From Octopus sinensis (taxonomy: Eukaryota), in contig NW_021834321.1 in the NCBI RefSeq assembly GCF_006345805.1, positions 1 through 53,669 on the forward strand: a DNA stretch of 53,669 nucleotides. The letters run 5' to 3'. This document shows positions 37,935 to 51,194 of the stretch, piece by piece. The translations under genes were made by a program, and so were the position numbers. A model generated the notes under the pieces. The model searched no databases. It was given only the letters and a program-made list of their open reading frames with translations, and was not told where the DNA came from. Every line of letters begins with the position of its first letter. Within the stretch, counting starts at the first letter, position 1.

Positions 37935-39432
37935 ATAATAACAATTTAATAAATAAAACATATGCATACATACATACATATATGTACATACCTACATCTA
38001 TATGTATATATACATGCATATATGGGTACAGGACACCACAAATAAACGTAGAACACAACGAGAAACGAAAACATAAAAACAAAACAAGGAAACGGACTTT
38101 TTTAACAACGAAAAACCTGAGCACAAGACAGACAACACAAAGAACATTCCCCTTCTTCAGCTGCCCCTGTTTCGACTCATTGCGTGTTTCGAATGTAAGG
38201 GCAGAACACGACTACGTTGAAACAATCCTTTCCGCAAAGCGAATTAAATAAAAAAATTTTGCATAGGGGTAAAAAAGGTGACAAGAACAGGACGTAAAAG
38301 CAATACAAATAAAGAAAAAACAGTACAAATAAAGATAAAAACAGTAAAAGACAGGACAAGGAAACCAACAATAAGGGCTTTTTTAAGACTTGCATTTATT
38401 TATAGCAGTTTATGTGCAATATGTAAACCAGACATTTTCTTTACGGAGATGGCTTATCTCAAACTTCAAAGCAGGTAAATCCGCAAATAAATCTAGTGTT
38501 TCAATAAATAAAAATTGACAATCCCTTTTTGTTCGTATAATACATATATGACAAACATCGATAAATGAAGTTGGAATTATTTTGTTTAATAAAGTAATAA
38601 AACTATTCTCCGACGTTAAAGAGTTTCTTAAAGCAGAAAATTACCTTCCTCTTCTCTGCATTTTAGTTCCTTCTATATTTTTTATTTTCATCCTTCATCT
38701 TGTCTAACCTATTCAAACCAGGATTTGCTTCGTTTTGTTTGGCTTTTATTATGTAGATATGAAGGTGTAAACGCACTTAAATCGATATCGATATAAATCA
38801 TCGATAATTCAAGTATCTGCAGCAAATAAATTTATGCATGAATCAATCGTTGCATATATTATTACATAATGTGGTCATATTCATGAAAGCAAATACGACG
38901 AAACAATTGCAAACTAATATAATAAAAGTTCTTGTTCACTTCATTCTCATTCGTTATTTGTGTTTAGAGTTTGTAATTCTGTATTCATATATGTTTGTCT
39001 GAGTGAAACAGGGACAAGTGATGATGTCCCGTTTCTCTGTTTGCTTTTCTCGTTGTTCGAAAAATGTTCGTTTCACATTGTCTAAAACGTTTTGTTTTTA
39101 TGTCTTGTACCCATATATGCATGTATATATACATATAGATGTAGGTATGTACATAAATGTATGTATGTATATATGCATATATTTATATATTTATATTATA
39201 TCATATTATATATATAAATATATATATGAATGTATACGTATGTATGTATATAAATGTACAATATATATATATATATACATATGTGTATGTATATATATAT
39301 ACAATATATATGTATTTATACACATATATATATACATATATATATATATTTATATGTATGTATACGTACAAACATACATATATATGTGTATGTATATATA
39401 TATTTATGTGTATGTGTTGTGTGTGTGTATAC

Positions 39433-39469
<37 letters not shown>

Positions 39470-40970
39470 CAATTTATAAATAAAACATAGCATACATACA
39501 TACATATATGTACATACCTACATCTATATGTATATATACATTCATATATGGGTACAGGAACACCAAATAAACGTAGAACAACAACGAGAAACGAAAACAT
39601 AAAAACAAAACAAGGAAACGGACTTTTTTACACAACAAAACCTGAGCCCGAACAGACAACACAAAGAACATTCCCCTTCTTCAGCTGCCCCTGTTCGACT
39701 CATTGCGTGTTCATCGATGTAAGGGCAGAACCGACTACGTTAAATAAACAACATCCTTTCCGCAAAGCGAATTAATAAAAAAATTTTGCATAGGGGTAAA
39801 AAAGGTGACAAGAACAGGACGTAAAAGCAATAACAATAAAGAAAAAACAGTACAAATAAAGATAAAACAGTAAAAGACAGGACAAGGAAACCAACATAAG
39901 GGCTTTTTTAAGACTTGCATTTATTTATAGCAGTTTATGTGCAATATGTAAACCAGACATTTTCTTTACGGAGATGGCTTATCTCAAACTTCAAAGCAGG
40001 TAAATCCGCAAATAAATCTAGTGTTTCAATAAATAAAAATTGACAATCCCTTTTTGTTCGTATAATACATATATTACAAACATCGATAAATGAAGTTGGA
40101 ATTATTTTGTTTAATAAAGTAATAAAACTATTCTCCGACGTTAAAGAGTTTCTTAAGCAGAAAATTCCTTCCTCTTCTCTGCATTTTAGTTCCTTCTATA
40201 TTTTTTATTTTCATCCTTCATCTTGTCTAACCTATTCAAACCAGGATTTGCTTCGTTTTGTTTGGCTTTTATTATGATATGAAGGTGTAAGGTGAAACGC
40301 GCACTTAAATCGATATCGATATAAATCATCGATAATTCAAGTATCTGCAGCAAATAAATTTATGCATGAATCAATCGTTGCATATATTATTACATAATGT
40401 GGTCATATTCATGAAAATCAATACGACGAAACAATTGCAAACTAATATAATAAAAGTTCTTGTTCACTTCATTCTCATTCGTTATTTGTGTTTAGAGTTT
40501 GTAATTCTGTATTCATATATGTTTGTCTGAGTGAAACAGGGACAAGTGATGATGTCCCTTTTCTCTGTTTGCTTTTCTCGTTGTTCGAAAAATGTTCGTT
40601 TCACATTGTCTAAAACGTTTTGTTTTTATGTCTTGTACCATATATGCATGTATATATACATATAGATGTAGGTATGTGTACATAATGTATGTATGTATAT
40701 ATGCATATATTTATATATTTATATATCATATTATATATATAAATCTATATGAATGTATACGTATGTATGTATATAAATGTCAATATAATATATATAATAC
40801 ATATGTGGTATGTATATATAATATACAATATATATGTATTTAATACACATATATAGATACATATATATATATATTTATATGTATGTATCGTACAAACATA
40901 CATATATGTGTATGTATATATATTTATGTGTATGTGTTGTGTGTGTTATACATATTATATATATATATAT
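37935..40970. repeat. ~1.53-kb direct tandem duplication
   Basis: Anchors offset by ~1525 bp (gggtacagg ~38023/39550; gagtgaaacagggacaag 39001/40529). Confidence 0.95.
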
Positions 40971-41727
40971 GATGTCAATGTATATCGAGAAGATAGATAC
41001 GTGTGTATGTATATATGTATGCATATATGTATTTTGACATATTAAAAACATCATTTAGCTGTAATCAATTTATACCAGAGTTGTGTACTACGTAAATACG
41101 CTAGCCGAATTAGCGAGGAAATTCTTGGAACCATCTTTGAGAGCGTAAATTTCGTGGGAAAGTCGTCAAACATACTTTATCCCTAAGGATATAATTTGCT
41201 CATAGATTTGTACGTGTCTATGTATGTATATACATATATGTGTGTGTGTGTGTTCACACATATATAAACATATATGTGTGGTTTAACTTTATTGTTATCT
41301 TCATTTTTCCCTGATATCTAGCACATGCTGTTGAAACAGAATATATGTGCGCGTGTGTGCATGTATTTGTATATACATACATACATACATACATACATAT
41401 GCGTGTATATATATATATACACTTGCAGTTATAATTATGTTAGGCTTAGTTATCAAATAGGAATATGTTCTAAAAGATGTGTGTGTGTGATAACACTGTT
41501 ATCAAATAGAGGAATATTTTAACATTATAATACACAATAACACACTTAGAATAAAACGGAATGTTTGGTAATTTAGTATTAAATACAAACCTGTTTAAGC
41601 ATCGGTGCAGGTATGACGGTGTGTCCATTTGGCGCTCACGCAGTTGTCATTTCACCATATATAGATACACACACACACACACACACACACATGTATGTAT
41701 GTCTCTATATATGTGTGTATAGATAAG

Positions 41728-41882
41728 GCACAGTAGAGGTTGTGTGGTAAGAAGGTTGTTTCCCAACCACATGGTTCTGGATTCAGTCCCACTATGCGGT
41801 ACCTTGGGCAAGTGTCTTTTATACCCTCGGGCCGACAAAAGCCTTGTAGATTTGGTAGACGGAAACTGAAAGAAGCCCGTCG

Positions 41883-41921
<39 letters not shown>

Positions 41922-42130
41922 ATTTGTGTGTCTGTGTTTGTCCCGCCATCATCGCTTGACAACCGATGTCTGTGTGTTTATGTCCTAGTCACTTTACAGT
42001 TCGGCAAAAGAGACTGATAGAATAAGTACTAGGCTTACAAAGAATAAGTCCTGGGGGTCGATTTGTTCGACTGAAGGCGGTGCTCCAGCATGGCCGCTGT
42101 CAAATTACTGAAACAATTAAGAGAATAAAA
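41728..42130 (+). mobile_element. SINE family A
   Basis: Full head-to-tail homology with the other copies. Confidence 0.88.
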
Positions 42131-42589
42131 GATTGAAAGAATACCACAGAGAGAGAGAGACACACACACACACACATTCACACATACACATGTAGGGTGT
42201 TTACAAATGCCCTCTTTTCCGACCCTGGGCCGATGAATGCTTTGTAACTGAATTTGGTAAAGGGAAACTCCAGTGAAGATAGTCGTGTAGATGCATGCAT
42301 GTGTGTGTGTGAGTGTGTGTGTGTGTGCTTGCGCGTATGTACATGTGTGTAAAAGAGAAACTCGTATAGGCACAGTCGTGAGTCTGTTTGCATCTATTTG
42401 GTGTTTCTGTTGGACAACCGATGTTGGTTTGTTTACGGTGCGTTAAAAAGCAATTCGTAGGACAAGTAAGTGAGTTATAGAAAATAAGTACTGAGGTCGG
42501 TTTGATTACCTGTTTCCATGCCGTATAATTGACTAATTTACCAATTAACCCTTGAATGAGGCGCCGGTCCGTTACAGAGGTCAAAGTCA

Positions 42590-42770
42590 GAAATTTTCAG
42601 GGCAGGGTACAAGTTGATTACATTGACCCCAGTATTTGGGTCGGGCTTTATTTTATCGACCTGAAGAGATGAAAAGCAAAGTTGACCTCGGCAGGACTTG
42701 AACTCAAAGCTGGACGTAATGTCACTAAGCGTTATGTCAAACATGCTAAAGATTCAGCCAGATTGCCTTC
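42590..42770 (-). mobile_element. SINE family B, degenerate
   Basis: ttatcgacctgaagagatgaaaagcaaagttgacctcggc. Confidence 0.7.
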
Positions 42771-42790
42771 AGATAGGTCTGAAGCATATA

Positions 42791-43050
42791 TAGGGTGTTC
42801 AAAAAGTCTCCCCACAGTGAATTTTTTCGTCCCGACTCTCCAAGAGTCAGACACTCCAAGATATATTTCAAAACATGTGTAGAAGAGTCAACTTGTGTAT
42901 TGAAAATGAAGGACGACACTTTCAACAATTCTTATAAAGATTTTTAAAGACTTGTAAAGTCTAATATATTCTTTTGTAGTCCTATGCCATCTTATAAATA
43001 TTTACTTTGCAATAAAATATTTACTGCGGAGTGACTTTTTGAACACCCTG
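42791..43050 (+). mobile_element. Tc1/mariner-superfamily internal-deletion derivative (MITE-like, 260 bp)
   Basis: TIRs (t)agggtgttcaaaaagtc and gactttttgaacaccctg, TA on both flanks; 42854-42937 encodes LQDIFQNMCRRVNLCIENEGRHFQQFL*, a typical transposase C-terminus. Confidence 0.88.
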
Positions 43051-43552
43051 TATATATCATACTTATTTTTCCGTTGTTCTGTTTATTCCTTTGCTTTCAC
43101 ATATTTTGGCGAAAAACATAGTAGACGATAATATTACGTCGGCATAATGATAAAACGTTTTTCTTAACTGATGATTATATGTATAACACATGAAACATTT
43201 ATATATCGAGTCCAAAGTCTCATGAGCAACATTATTTTAATAGCTGTACATATAAATTATATTATTGTCTCAAGAGTATCTAGGTGTTTAACTGTACACA
43301 TATGTTCTCAAGCAGTGGTAGAAATTGAGAGAGTGCGCAAGGGAAAGTGATTTCCTAGTTTTTATGTGACAGAGGAGGCTTATGGCATCTCACCCTCCAT
43401 CATTCTCAACTTCAGATTCAATAATATTTACATACCTCTTGTTTCTAAAACTAATTTCCATCGCTGGACTCCACCTGCTGAGCCCTGTCATGAGATTAAC
43501 TTACACGTATCAATGCATCGTTGTATATATTGCATGACTGAATTACAAACTA

Positions 43553-43785
43553 GATATATACACGCATGTGTACATATATATACATATGTATGCATGTGTA
43601 TGTATATTTACATGTATGTATATATGTATATATTATTGTGTGTGCATACATATGTATATATACATATTTATATATGTGTATATACGTATATATATGTATA
43701 TATACATATTTATATATGTGTATATATGTATATATATGTATATATACATATTTATGTATGTGTATATATATAATATTTATATATG

Positions 43786-43816
<31 letters not shown>

Positions 43817-43960
43817 TATTTATACATGTATATATATGTATGAATATATATGTGTATGCATATATATACACACAGATGCACATACATGTATACATATATA
43901 TTCATAAATGTATATACATATATATATGAGTATGTACATATAAATGTATATATATGTATT
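43553..43960 (+). repeat. Compound (TA/TG/CA)n microsatellite
   Basis: Direct reading. Confidence 0.93.
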
Positions 43961-44095
43961 TTCATTTTATTTGCATTAAATTATATTAATGATATCACAT
44001 CTAGCAATATACACACCTACACACACATAGTTATATATACATGTGTGTACAATATATATATTAAATGTATCTGTAATTTAAATGTGAGTGTGTAT

Positions 44096-44136
<41 letters not shown>

Positions 44137-44974
44137 CACACAGACACGTGTGTGCTTGTGTGTGGGTGGGTGTATGTATATATAGAATGTAATCATGCAA
44201 CGGGTGAGTATCTATATGCATATATATATATACACCAATATACGTGTGTGTAAATGTACTGATATATATTTATGCATACACGTACTTGCATAAATATATG
44301 CATACGTATGTACATAAAGTGACAGAATGTATAGTCGTGTGTTCCCATTCATTTTTCAAATTCCAGAAAAGTCCCCAGAGTCATCACGGTATAGTTTACT
44401 CTGCTATTATAAGTGCCAACAAAGATTAAAGTATTGAATTTCACGTTTTTTATTATGTAAATTAATTGCATTTCAAGGACAAATATCGTTTAACCTAATT
44501 ATTTCTTTAATCCTATGTAATTAAAGCCAGAAAAACTTTAAGATTCAATGTTCCCAGGCTGAGTGCTTGAAAACTGTCTTTGCTGAGGTACTAAAAATGT
44601 CGTGTTTCATTTTTTTTATCTGCTGATACGTAATGGCGGAAAATTTATATGAAAAGAAAAAGAAATATGTCATTGGGGTTAAATGTATTCAATGAAAATT
44701 GGAGAAAAAATTGATATATTAATATTATAAATAACAAATAATCATTTCTTACATGAAATATAAAGAAAAATGTTTATTTCTGACGGAGGAGCCAGATCAG
44801 AAATTGTATGTGTGAAAGAGTGGAGCAGGGGATTATACGTAAACTCATGTGATTGTACTTTATCAGCCCTGAAGAGAAGAAATTCAAAGCTTTGTAAGAC
44901 GGGACTTGAATTGAAATGATGATGATGATGATGACAATGATGATGAAATCATTAATAATAATAATAATAACAAC

Positions 44975-45595
44975 AATCCTTTCTAAAAAAGGCACAAGGC
45001 CTGAAATTTTGCGGGAGGTGTTAACTCGATTGCTCAGACCCCAGTGTCACACTGGTACTTAATTTATCGTCCCCGAAAGGAGGGGAGGCAAAGTCGACTT
45101 TGGCGGAATTTGAACTCAGAACGTCAAGAAATGCCGCTAAGTATTTTTGTCGCTAATGCCGCTAACGATTCTTTCAGCTCACCGACTTAATGATAATCCA
45201 TTATGCTATAAGCACAAGGCCTATGACTTGGAAGAAGGGGACAGTCGATTACATCGGACGCAGTGCGTAACTGGTACTTATTTTATCGACCCCGAAATGA
45301 CGAAAAGCAACGTTGACCTCGGAGGAATTTGAACTCAGAATGTAGCGATATGCGAAATACCTATTTCTTTACTACCCACAAGGAGCTAAACACAGAGGGG
45401 ACAAACAAGGACAGACACACGGATTAAGTCGAATATATCGACCCCAGTGCGTAACTGGTACTTATTTAATCGACCCCGAAAGGATGAAAGACAAAGTCGA
45501 TCTCGGCAGGATTTGAACTTAGAACGTAGCGGCAGACGAAATACCGCTAAGCATTTCGCCCGGCGCGCTAACGTTTATTCCAGCTCGCCTCCTAA
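44975..45595 (-). mobile_element. SINE family B monomer plus dimer
   Basis: Three atttgaact(c/t)agaa units. Confidence 0.87.
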
Positions 45596-46192
45596 ATAAT
45601 AATAATAATAATATTAATAATAATAACGGTTTAAAAATCTAGATCATATTCTTCAATTTTAGGAGTGGAGATTAATCGATTTCGTGTATTCTGTAGAAGA
45701 CTGGTATTAGATTTTATCTACCTGCGAAGTGAAAAAAGACGATATTGAACAAGAAGTGAAGCTGAATTATGGAATGATGATGATGATGACGAGGAGGAGG
45801 AGGAGGACGACGATGATGATGATGATGATGGTGATGGTAACTGTAATGGCAGTTTCACATTTAGGTAGTAAGCCAGTGAAAATTAACGAGAGTTAAACCG
45901 ATATGATTGATGTTAATGTGTTAACGTTTTGTCTAGTGTTTTAACCCATATCAATGAAATGGTAAAAGAATATTTACGAGCACATATACATACATTCATA
46001 CATACATACATACATGTATTTATATATATATAAACTTTTGCTTTTTTCCACAATTTAACATATTTTTCATACTTTACTCTAAGTTGAAAAAGTCGCAATG
46101 ACTGAAACCGGTACTAAACTGTTCTTCATGATGAACTTATTTTAGCATTTTCTACCTTGTCTTATTGTCTTTACATACACACACACACACAT

Positions 46193-46560
46193 ATTATCAT
46201 TATCGTTTAACATCCGCTTTCAATACCTGCATGGGTTTGACGGTTTGACTGAAGACTGGCGAGCCAGATGGCCGCACCAGGCTCCAATCTCATCTGGCAG
46301 AGTTTCTACAGGTGGATCCCCTTCCTAACGCCAACCACACCGAGTGTAATGGATGCTTTTACGCTGGTAACAATCACGTCCGAATGGTGCCTTTTACGAG
46401 CCACCGGCACGGAAGCTAGTCAGCGGCCCTGGCAACGATCACGCTCGGACGGTGCTCTTAACGTTCCACTAGCACGGATGCCATTCAGGCGGTGCTGTCA
46501 GAGAATTTGATTTCGATTTCACTTGCCTCAAGCAGAGTTTAGTGTCCAATGAAAGAAAGG
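46193..46560 (-). mobile_element. SINE or RTE-related element with (GAT)n-like tail
   Basis: Minus strand ggttggcgttaggaagggg motif, ending gttaaacgataatgataat; only one copy in the window. Confidence 0.5.
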
Positions 46561-46739
46561 TACTCATAAGTGGGCTGAATAACTACTATAGATAGACCAT
46601 AGTTAAGTTCCAGGTTCGCTGATTATGCGATTAAGGGATCCAACGTTGGTCAAATGTCAGCGTGTGTATATAATTTTTTTTTTCGTAATGAGATAAAAAA
46701 CCAAGGCTGTGTAGATTTTAGAACATTTAAAGATAGAGG

Positions 46740-46787
46740 GTCTTACAGCTGTTTCCAGGATATTTATTATATCCCTTCATCTGAGAT
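46740..46787 (-). ncRNA. Mirror copy of the hammerhead motif, U4A change
   Basis: Minus strand: atct-CAGATGA-agggatat-aataa-atatcctg-GAAA-cagctg-TA-agac. Confidence 0.55.
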
Positions 46788-46989
46788 AAGATGCAAAATA
46801 GAGAGTGAGAAGGAAGAAAGAAAATAGACGTGACATATGTAGGGAAATTGTGTTTGTAGATCCATATTTTATGGAATCTCACATGTATACCATTTTGCCT
46901 AAAAAATGGATCTACACATACAATATTCCTACATATCTCACATCAAATTAACATCTAAATTAACTATTACTTAACCATCCTCTCACGCC

Positions 46990-47037
46990 GTCTCCGATGA
47001 AGAGATATAATAAATATCCTGGAAACAGCTGTAAGAC
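46990..47037 (+). ncRNA. Type I hammerhead motif with U4C change
   Basis: gtct-CCGATGA-agagatat-aataa-atatcctg-GAAA-cagctg-TA-agac; palindromic CAGCTG helix III. Confidence 0.65.
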
Positions 47038-47167
47038 CTTCAATCTATAAATGTTCTAAAATCTACATAGCATTGATTTTTTTTTATCTCAGTACGAAAA
47101 AAAAATTATATATATATATATAGAGAGAGAGAGAGATAGATGTATAAGATTTATATAGATATATAGA

Positions 47168-47483
47168 TACTCTTTTACTTGTTTCAGTCATTTGACTGCG
47201 GCCATGCTGGAGCACCGCCTTTAGTCGAACAAATCGACCCCGGGACTTATTCTTTGTAAGCCCAGTACTTATTCTAACAGTCTCTTTTTCCGAACCGCTA
47301 AGTGACGGGGACGTAAACACACCAGCATCGGTTGTCAAGCAATGCTAGGGGGACAAACACAAACACACACACACGCACACACATACATATATACATATAT
47401 ACGACAGGCTTCTTTCAGTTTCCGTCTACCAAATCCACTCACAAGGCATTGGTCGGCTCGGGGCTATAGCAGAAGACACTTGC
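47168..47483 (-). mobile_element. SINE family A, head-truncated
   Basis: Tail and body match; ends at gaagacacttgc. Confidence 0.87.
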
Positions 47484-47776
47484 TATATATATAAAAAAAG
47501 ATTAGGTACTTAAATTGAGCCACCTCGTTAGGTCGGAATAATATACACACACAACCATATAAAGTAAATATCAAACTTGGGACATAAGTACCGACAGAAT
47601 GTTATTCATATTGAAATAGTAGAAAAATCACTGTAAATGTTTTTTTCTCCGTGGATTTTAAACTATTTTACGCCCTTCTGAATGTCCTTTAATTTGACGT
47701 TCACGAATTCATCTGACGAAAACGGTTTCTTTACAATGATGTAATGTTTTCATTAACCAGTTAGAGGAGTCGTAGT

Positions 47777-48062
47777 GGAGGCGCAATGGCCCAGTGGTTA
47801 GGGCAGCGGACTCGCGGTCGTAGGATCGCGGTTTCGATTCCCAGACCGGGTCTCTCACTCTTTCTTCCTGTTTCTGTTGTACCTGTATTTCAAAGGGCCA
47901 GCCTTGTCACACTCTGTGTCACGCTGAATCTGCTCGAGAACTACGTTAGGGGTACAGGTGTCTGTGGAATGCTCAGCCACTTGCACGTTAATTCCACGAG
48001 CAAGCTGTTCCGTTGATCGTATCAGCTGGGACCTTCATCGTCGTAACCGACGGAGTGCTCCC
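47777..48062 (+). mobile_element. SINE family C with ~95-bp internal deletion and a different tail
   Basis: Same head as 52057; jumps from ccagaccggg to tctctcactc. Confidence 0.85.
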
Positions 48063-48273
48063 AAAGGAGTCGTTAGAAACAGCCGTAATGGATTAACACC
48101 TGTACCACTACTGTTACCCATTTATCTATCTATCTATCAATCTATTATATATATATACTTTATAAGTTAGATTCAGTTGAATATGGTACTTAAGTTAAAG
48201 GCACCAGGATTTGGTATGGTATTATCTATATAATTCAAAATGGGGTGATTATTTCGGTGTTGTTTATTTTGAT

Positions 48274-48517
48274 TATATATATGTTAGAAAAAATAAGGTA
48301 CTCAGAGATCTTCATGGTTGTATATTTACAGATTTTTATTAATATTGATCATATTTTATTATATAGATCATATATTAGCACTGGCATCTACTCTAGTAGA
48401 GTAGATGCAAGCACTAATATATGATTTATAAAAACATGCGACATATTAATAATAAACATTTGTAAATGTACAACCATCAAGATCTCTGAGTACCTTCTTA
48501 TGTTTCTAATATATAAT
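48274..48517. repeat. Foldback hairpin centred at 48396
   Basis: gcatctactcta-g-tagagtagatgc core; aaggtactcagagatctt pairs with aagatctctgagtacctt further out. Confidence 0.85.
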
Positions 48518-48571
48518 ACCTGTACATCACCTCCTTCCGTCTTCCATTCTCTGGATCTTTCTTTTTCCTAT

Positions 48572-48606
48572 GTTTCTTACGAAGAGCTCCGCTCGAAACT
48601 TTAAAC
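48572..48606 (+). ncRNA. Degenerate minimal hammerhead (G5U)
   Basis: gttt-CTTACGA-a-gagc-tcc-gctc-GAAA-ct-TT-aaac; helices I and II intact, core mutated. Confidence 0.55.
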
Positions 48607-48889
48607 CCTCCTTCTTCCTTTCCTTCCTGAGCGTCCAATCATACTATACTTGTTCCACTTTCTCGCGTTGTTGTGTTTTCTCTTTGTGTTTTCATGTTTG
48701 GATTAACTATATATATATATAGCCCTGCATGTATATGTTTGAATAATGTGCATACATATATTGATACATATATATAACAATGTGTTTATGTACACATCTG
48801 TGCATGCAGGAGCGTGCATAGATAGATAGATAGATAGATAGGTAGAAGGAAAGATGGGTAGATAGGTAGATAGATAGGTAGGTAGATAA

Positions 48890-48927
<38 letters not shown>

Positions 48928-50786
48928 GTTTGCACACGTACATAGGAAATATATGTCGGAGATAAACTATGAAAGCTAGTGTAGTGAAATAATTAGTGAG
49001 AATAAAATGTAGTCGAAATAAGATGACAAAGGTATATTGTGTGTAAAAGCATAAAGTGGCGCCATTAGGCGCGCGCGCGTGTATGTGTGTGTTGGTGTTT
49101 ATGTAAGTATCGTGTATATTTATGTATATGTTGTTTATATATATCGAATTATGTTTGTGTGTGTTTCTATGGATTTATGTAATTCTGTATATGCGTGAAT
49201 GTGTGGTTGCTTGCAGTTATGCGTGCGTGTGTGTATAAGTAAATTCATGCGTACGTGTATGCGTAAATGCGTACGGGTGTGTATCCGGATGGAGAATCCT
49301 TGACTTAGATACATTAAAGGAAAAACATAATCATTTCGGGTATTATGCAGCAACATCAACAACAATGGTTTATTTTTGTTAAATTTGTACGAAAATTTAG
49401 ATTTGGAAGAATGTTAATAATAGATTTTACGACTTTCATGCCTTTACCCATGGGGATTACCAGCTTTAATGAAGCGATTCATTTCAAGAATTAATGGATT
49501 GGTTCACCGAGAATTTGCTGTCGCTTCATGGGTGCCAATAAACGGGTATTAATAACAGCTAAAACAGCGGCACCAACAATGACATTAACAGTCGCAGAGA
49601 TAGGTCTTGGAATAATAAGAATAGCATTGGCAAAAAGAAAAATAGCGAAAGAACCAGAATTGCACCGTAACAAAACAGTGTTATAAACGTCTGCACCGAA
49701 AACAGTCGGGTGATTAGTAAGCGGTGGAGGTGGGGTGGAAAGTAAAACTGACGTGGGAAATGTATTTGGGGCTTTGTCGTACCGGTTACATATCATTAAA
49801 CACAACCAGCCAAGTTAACTGTACTCTGTAACAAAGACAACACAAGAATTGTTTGTATTTCACAAAGAATTTTGTGCATAGATAGATAGTTAAATAGATA
49901 GATAGCAAGATAGATAGATAGATAGACAGACAGATAAGTTTCTGTTTTGGCCACACAGGGTTGCACACAGATGGGACAAGTTACAAGGTAGAGCTTTTCT
50001 TTTGGGGGATGAAAAAAAAAAGGTGGCGTAGGTTTTCGATCAAAAGGGATCGTAAAAGAGAAAAACAAAGGAAAAGGGAAAAGAAAAAAGGGAAAAGGAA
50101 CAAAAGAAAAAAAAAATGAAAAAAGAAGAAAAAAGAGGAAAAAAGATAGATAGATAGATAGATAATCAGCGGGACACTGTTAGACAACAAAACCATGGGT
50201 AGCATATAAATTACAACAATAACTTAACCGTTATATCTATCTTCTTTTACGTCAAGAGAACTGATAATGACCAAAATATTCTTATTCTATTTTGCTTACT
50301 ACCTTTATTCCTTTCTTTCCTTTCCTTTCCTTTTGTCATTCTTCCTTTCGTTTTTTCTTTCTTCCTTTCTCTCTTCCTCTAATTTCTGTTTCAAACCCCC
50401 TACTGTCATCCTGGTTAGGAATCACAGCAGACATTCTCTGCTAAACAGGTCAAACCGACATTTTTTTCAAGTAGATTCTCTCTCTATTCAATTGTGCTGC
50501 ACTAAATTTAAGATAGTTTGTTATTTCAAATTTTGGGAATGGGTGTGGTAAAAAAAAAAAGTTGGGTGTTGGTCATATGTTTACCATGAACTATTGGGAA
50601 GGTTCTGGTACGGTGTGGGGTAAAACACTTGTAATTGCCAGGGCACACAAAAGAAAAACAATCACAAATAAAACAGTAAACAAAAGCCGCAAAACTTTCT
50701 TTAAAATATTAAGAACCAAATACCAGTCATATCATAGGTCGTAATATAAGGTAAATGTCTATGATCTATTGGAGTAACATTTTTAT

Positions 50787-51194
50787 TTACTCTTTTACTC
50801 TATTACTTGTTTCAGTCATTTGACTGTGGCCATGCTGGAGCACCGCCTTTAGTCGAGCAAATCGACCCCAGGACTTATTCTTTGTAAGCCTAGTACCAAT
50901 TCTATCGGTCTCTTTTGCCGAACCGCTTAATTACGAAGACGTAAACACGCCAGCTTCGGTTGTCAAGCGATGATGGGGGGAAAAGACACACAAACATATA
51001 CACACGCATACATACATATATACATATATACGACGGGCTTCTTTCAGTTTCCGTCTACCAAATCCACTCACAAGGCTTTGGTCTGCCCGAGGGTATAGTA
51101 GAAGACACTTGCCCAAGGTGCCACGCAGTGGGACTGAACCCGGAACCATGTGGTTCGTAAGCAAGCTACTTACCACACAGCCACTCCTACGCCT
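50787..51194 (-). mobile_element. SINE family A, full length
   Basis: Minus-strand head has A-box-like tggctgtgtggt and B-box-like gggttcagtccc; tail ends in gtaaaagagtaaa. Confidence 0.9.

Larger units (their letters stand above)
46663..47113. repeat. Nested inverted repeats with two mirror HHR motifs
   Basis: Outer arms ~46663-46786 and ~46991-47113; inner arms ~46830-46870 and ~46902-46941. Confidence 0.85.

Noticed and set aside
47777-47850. tRNA-Arg-like genes here and at 52057
   Set aside because: Acceptor stem does not pair, there is no poly-T terminator, and both continue into SINE bodies.
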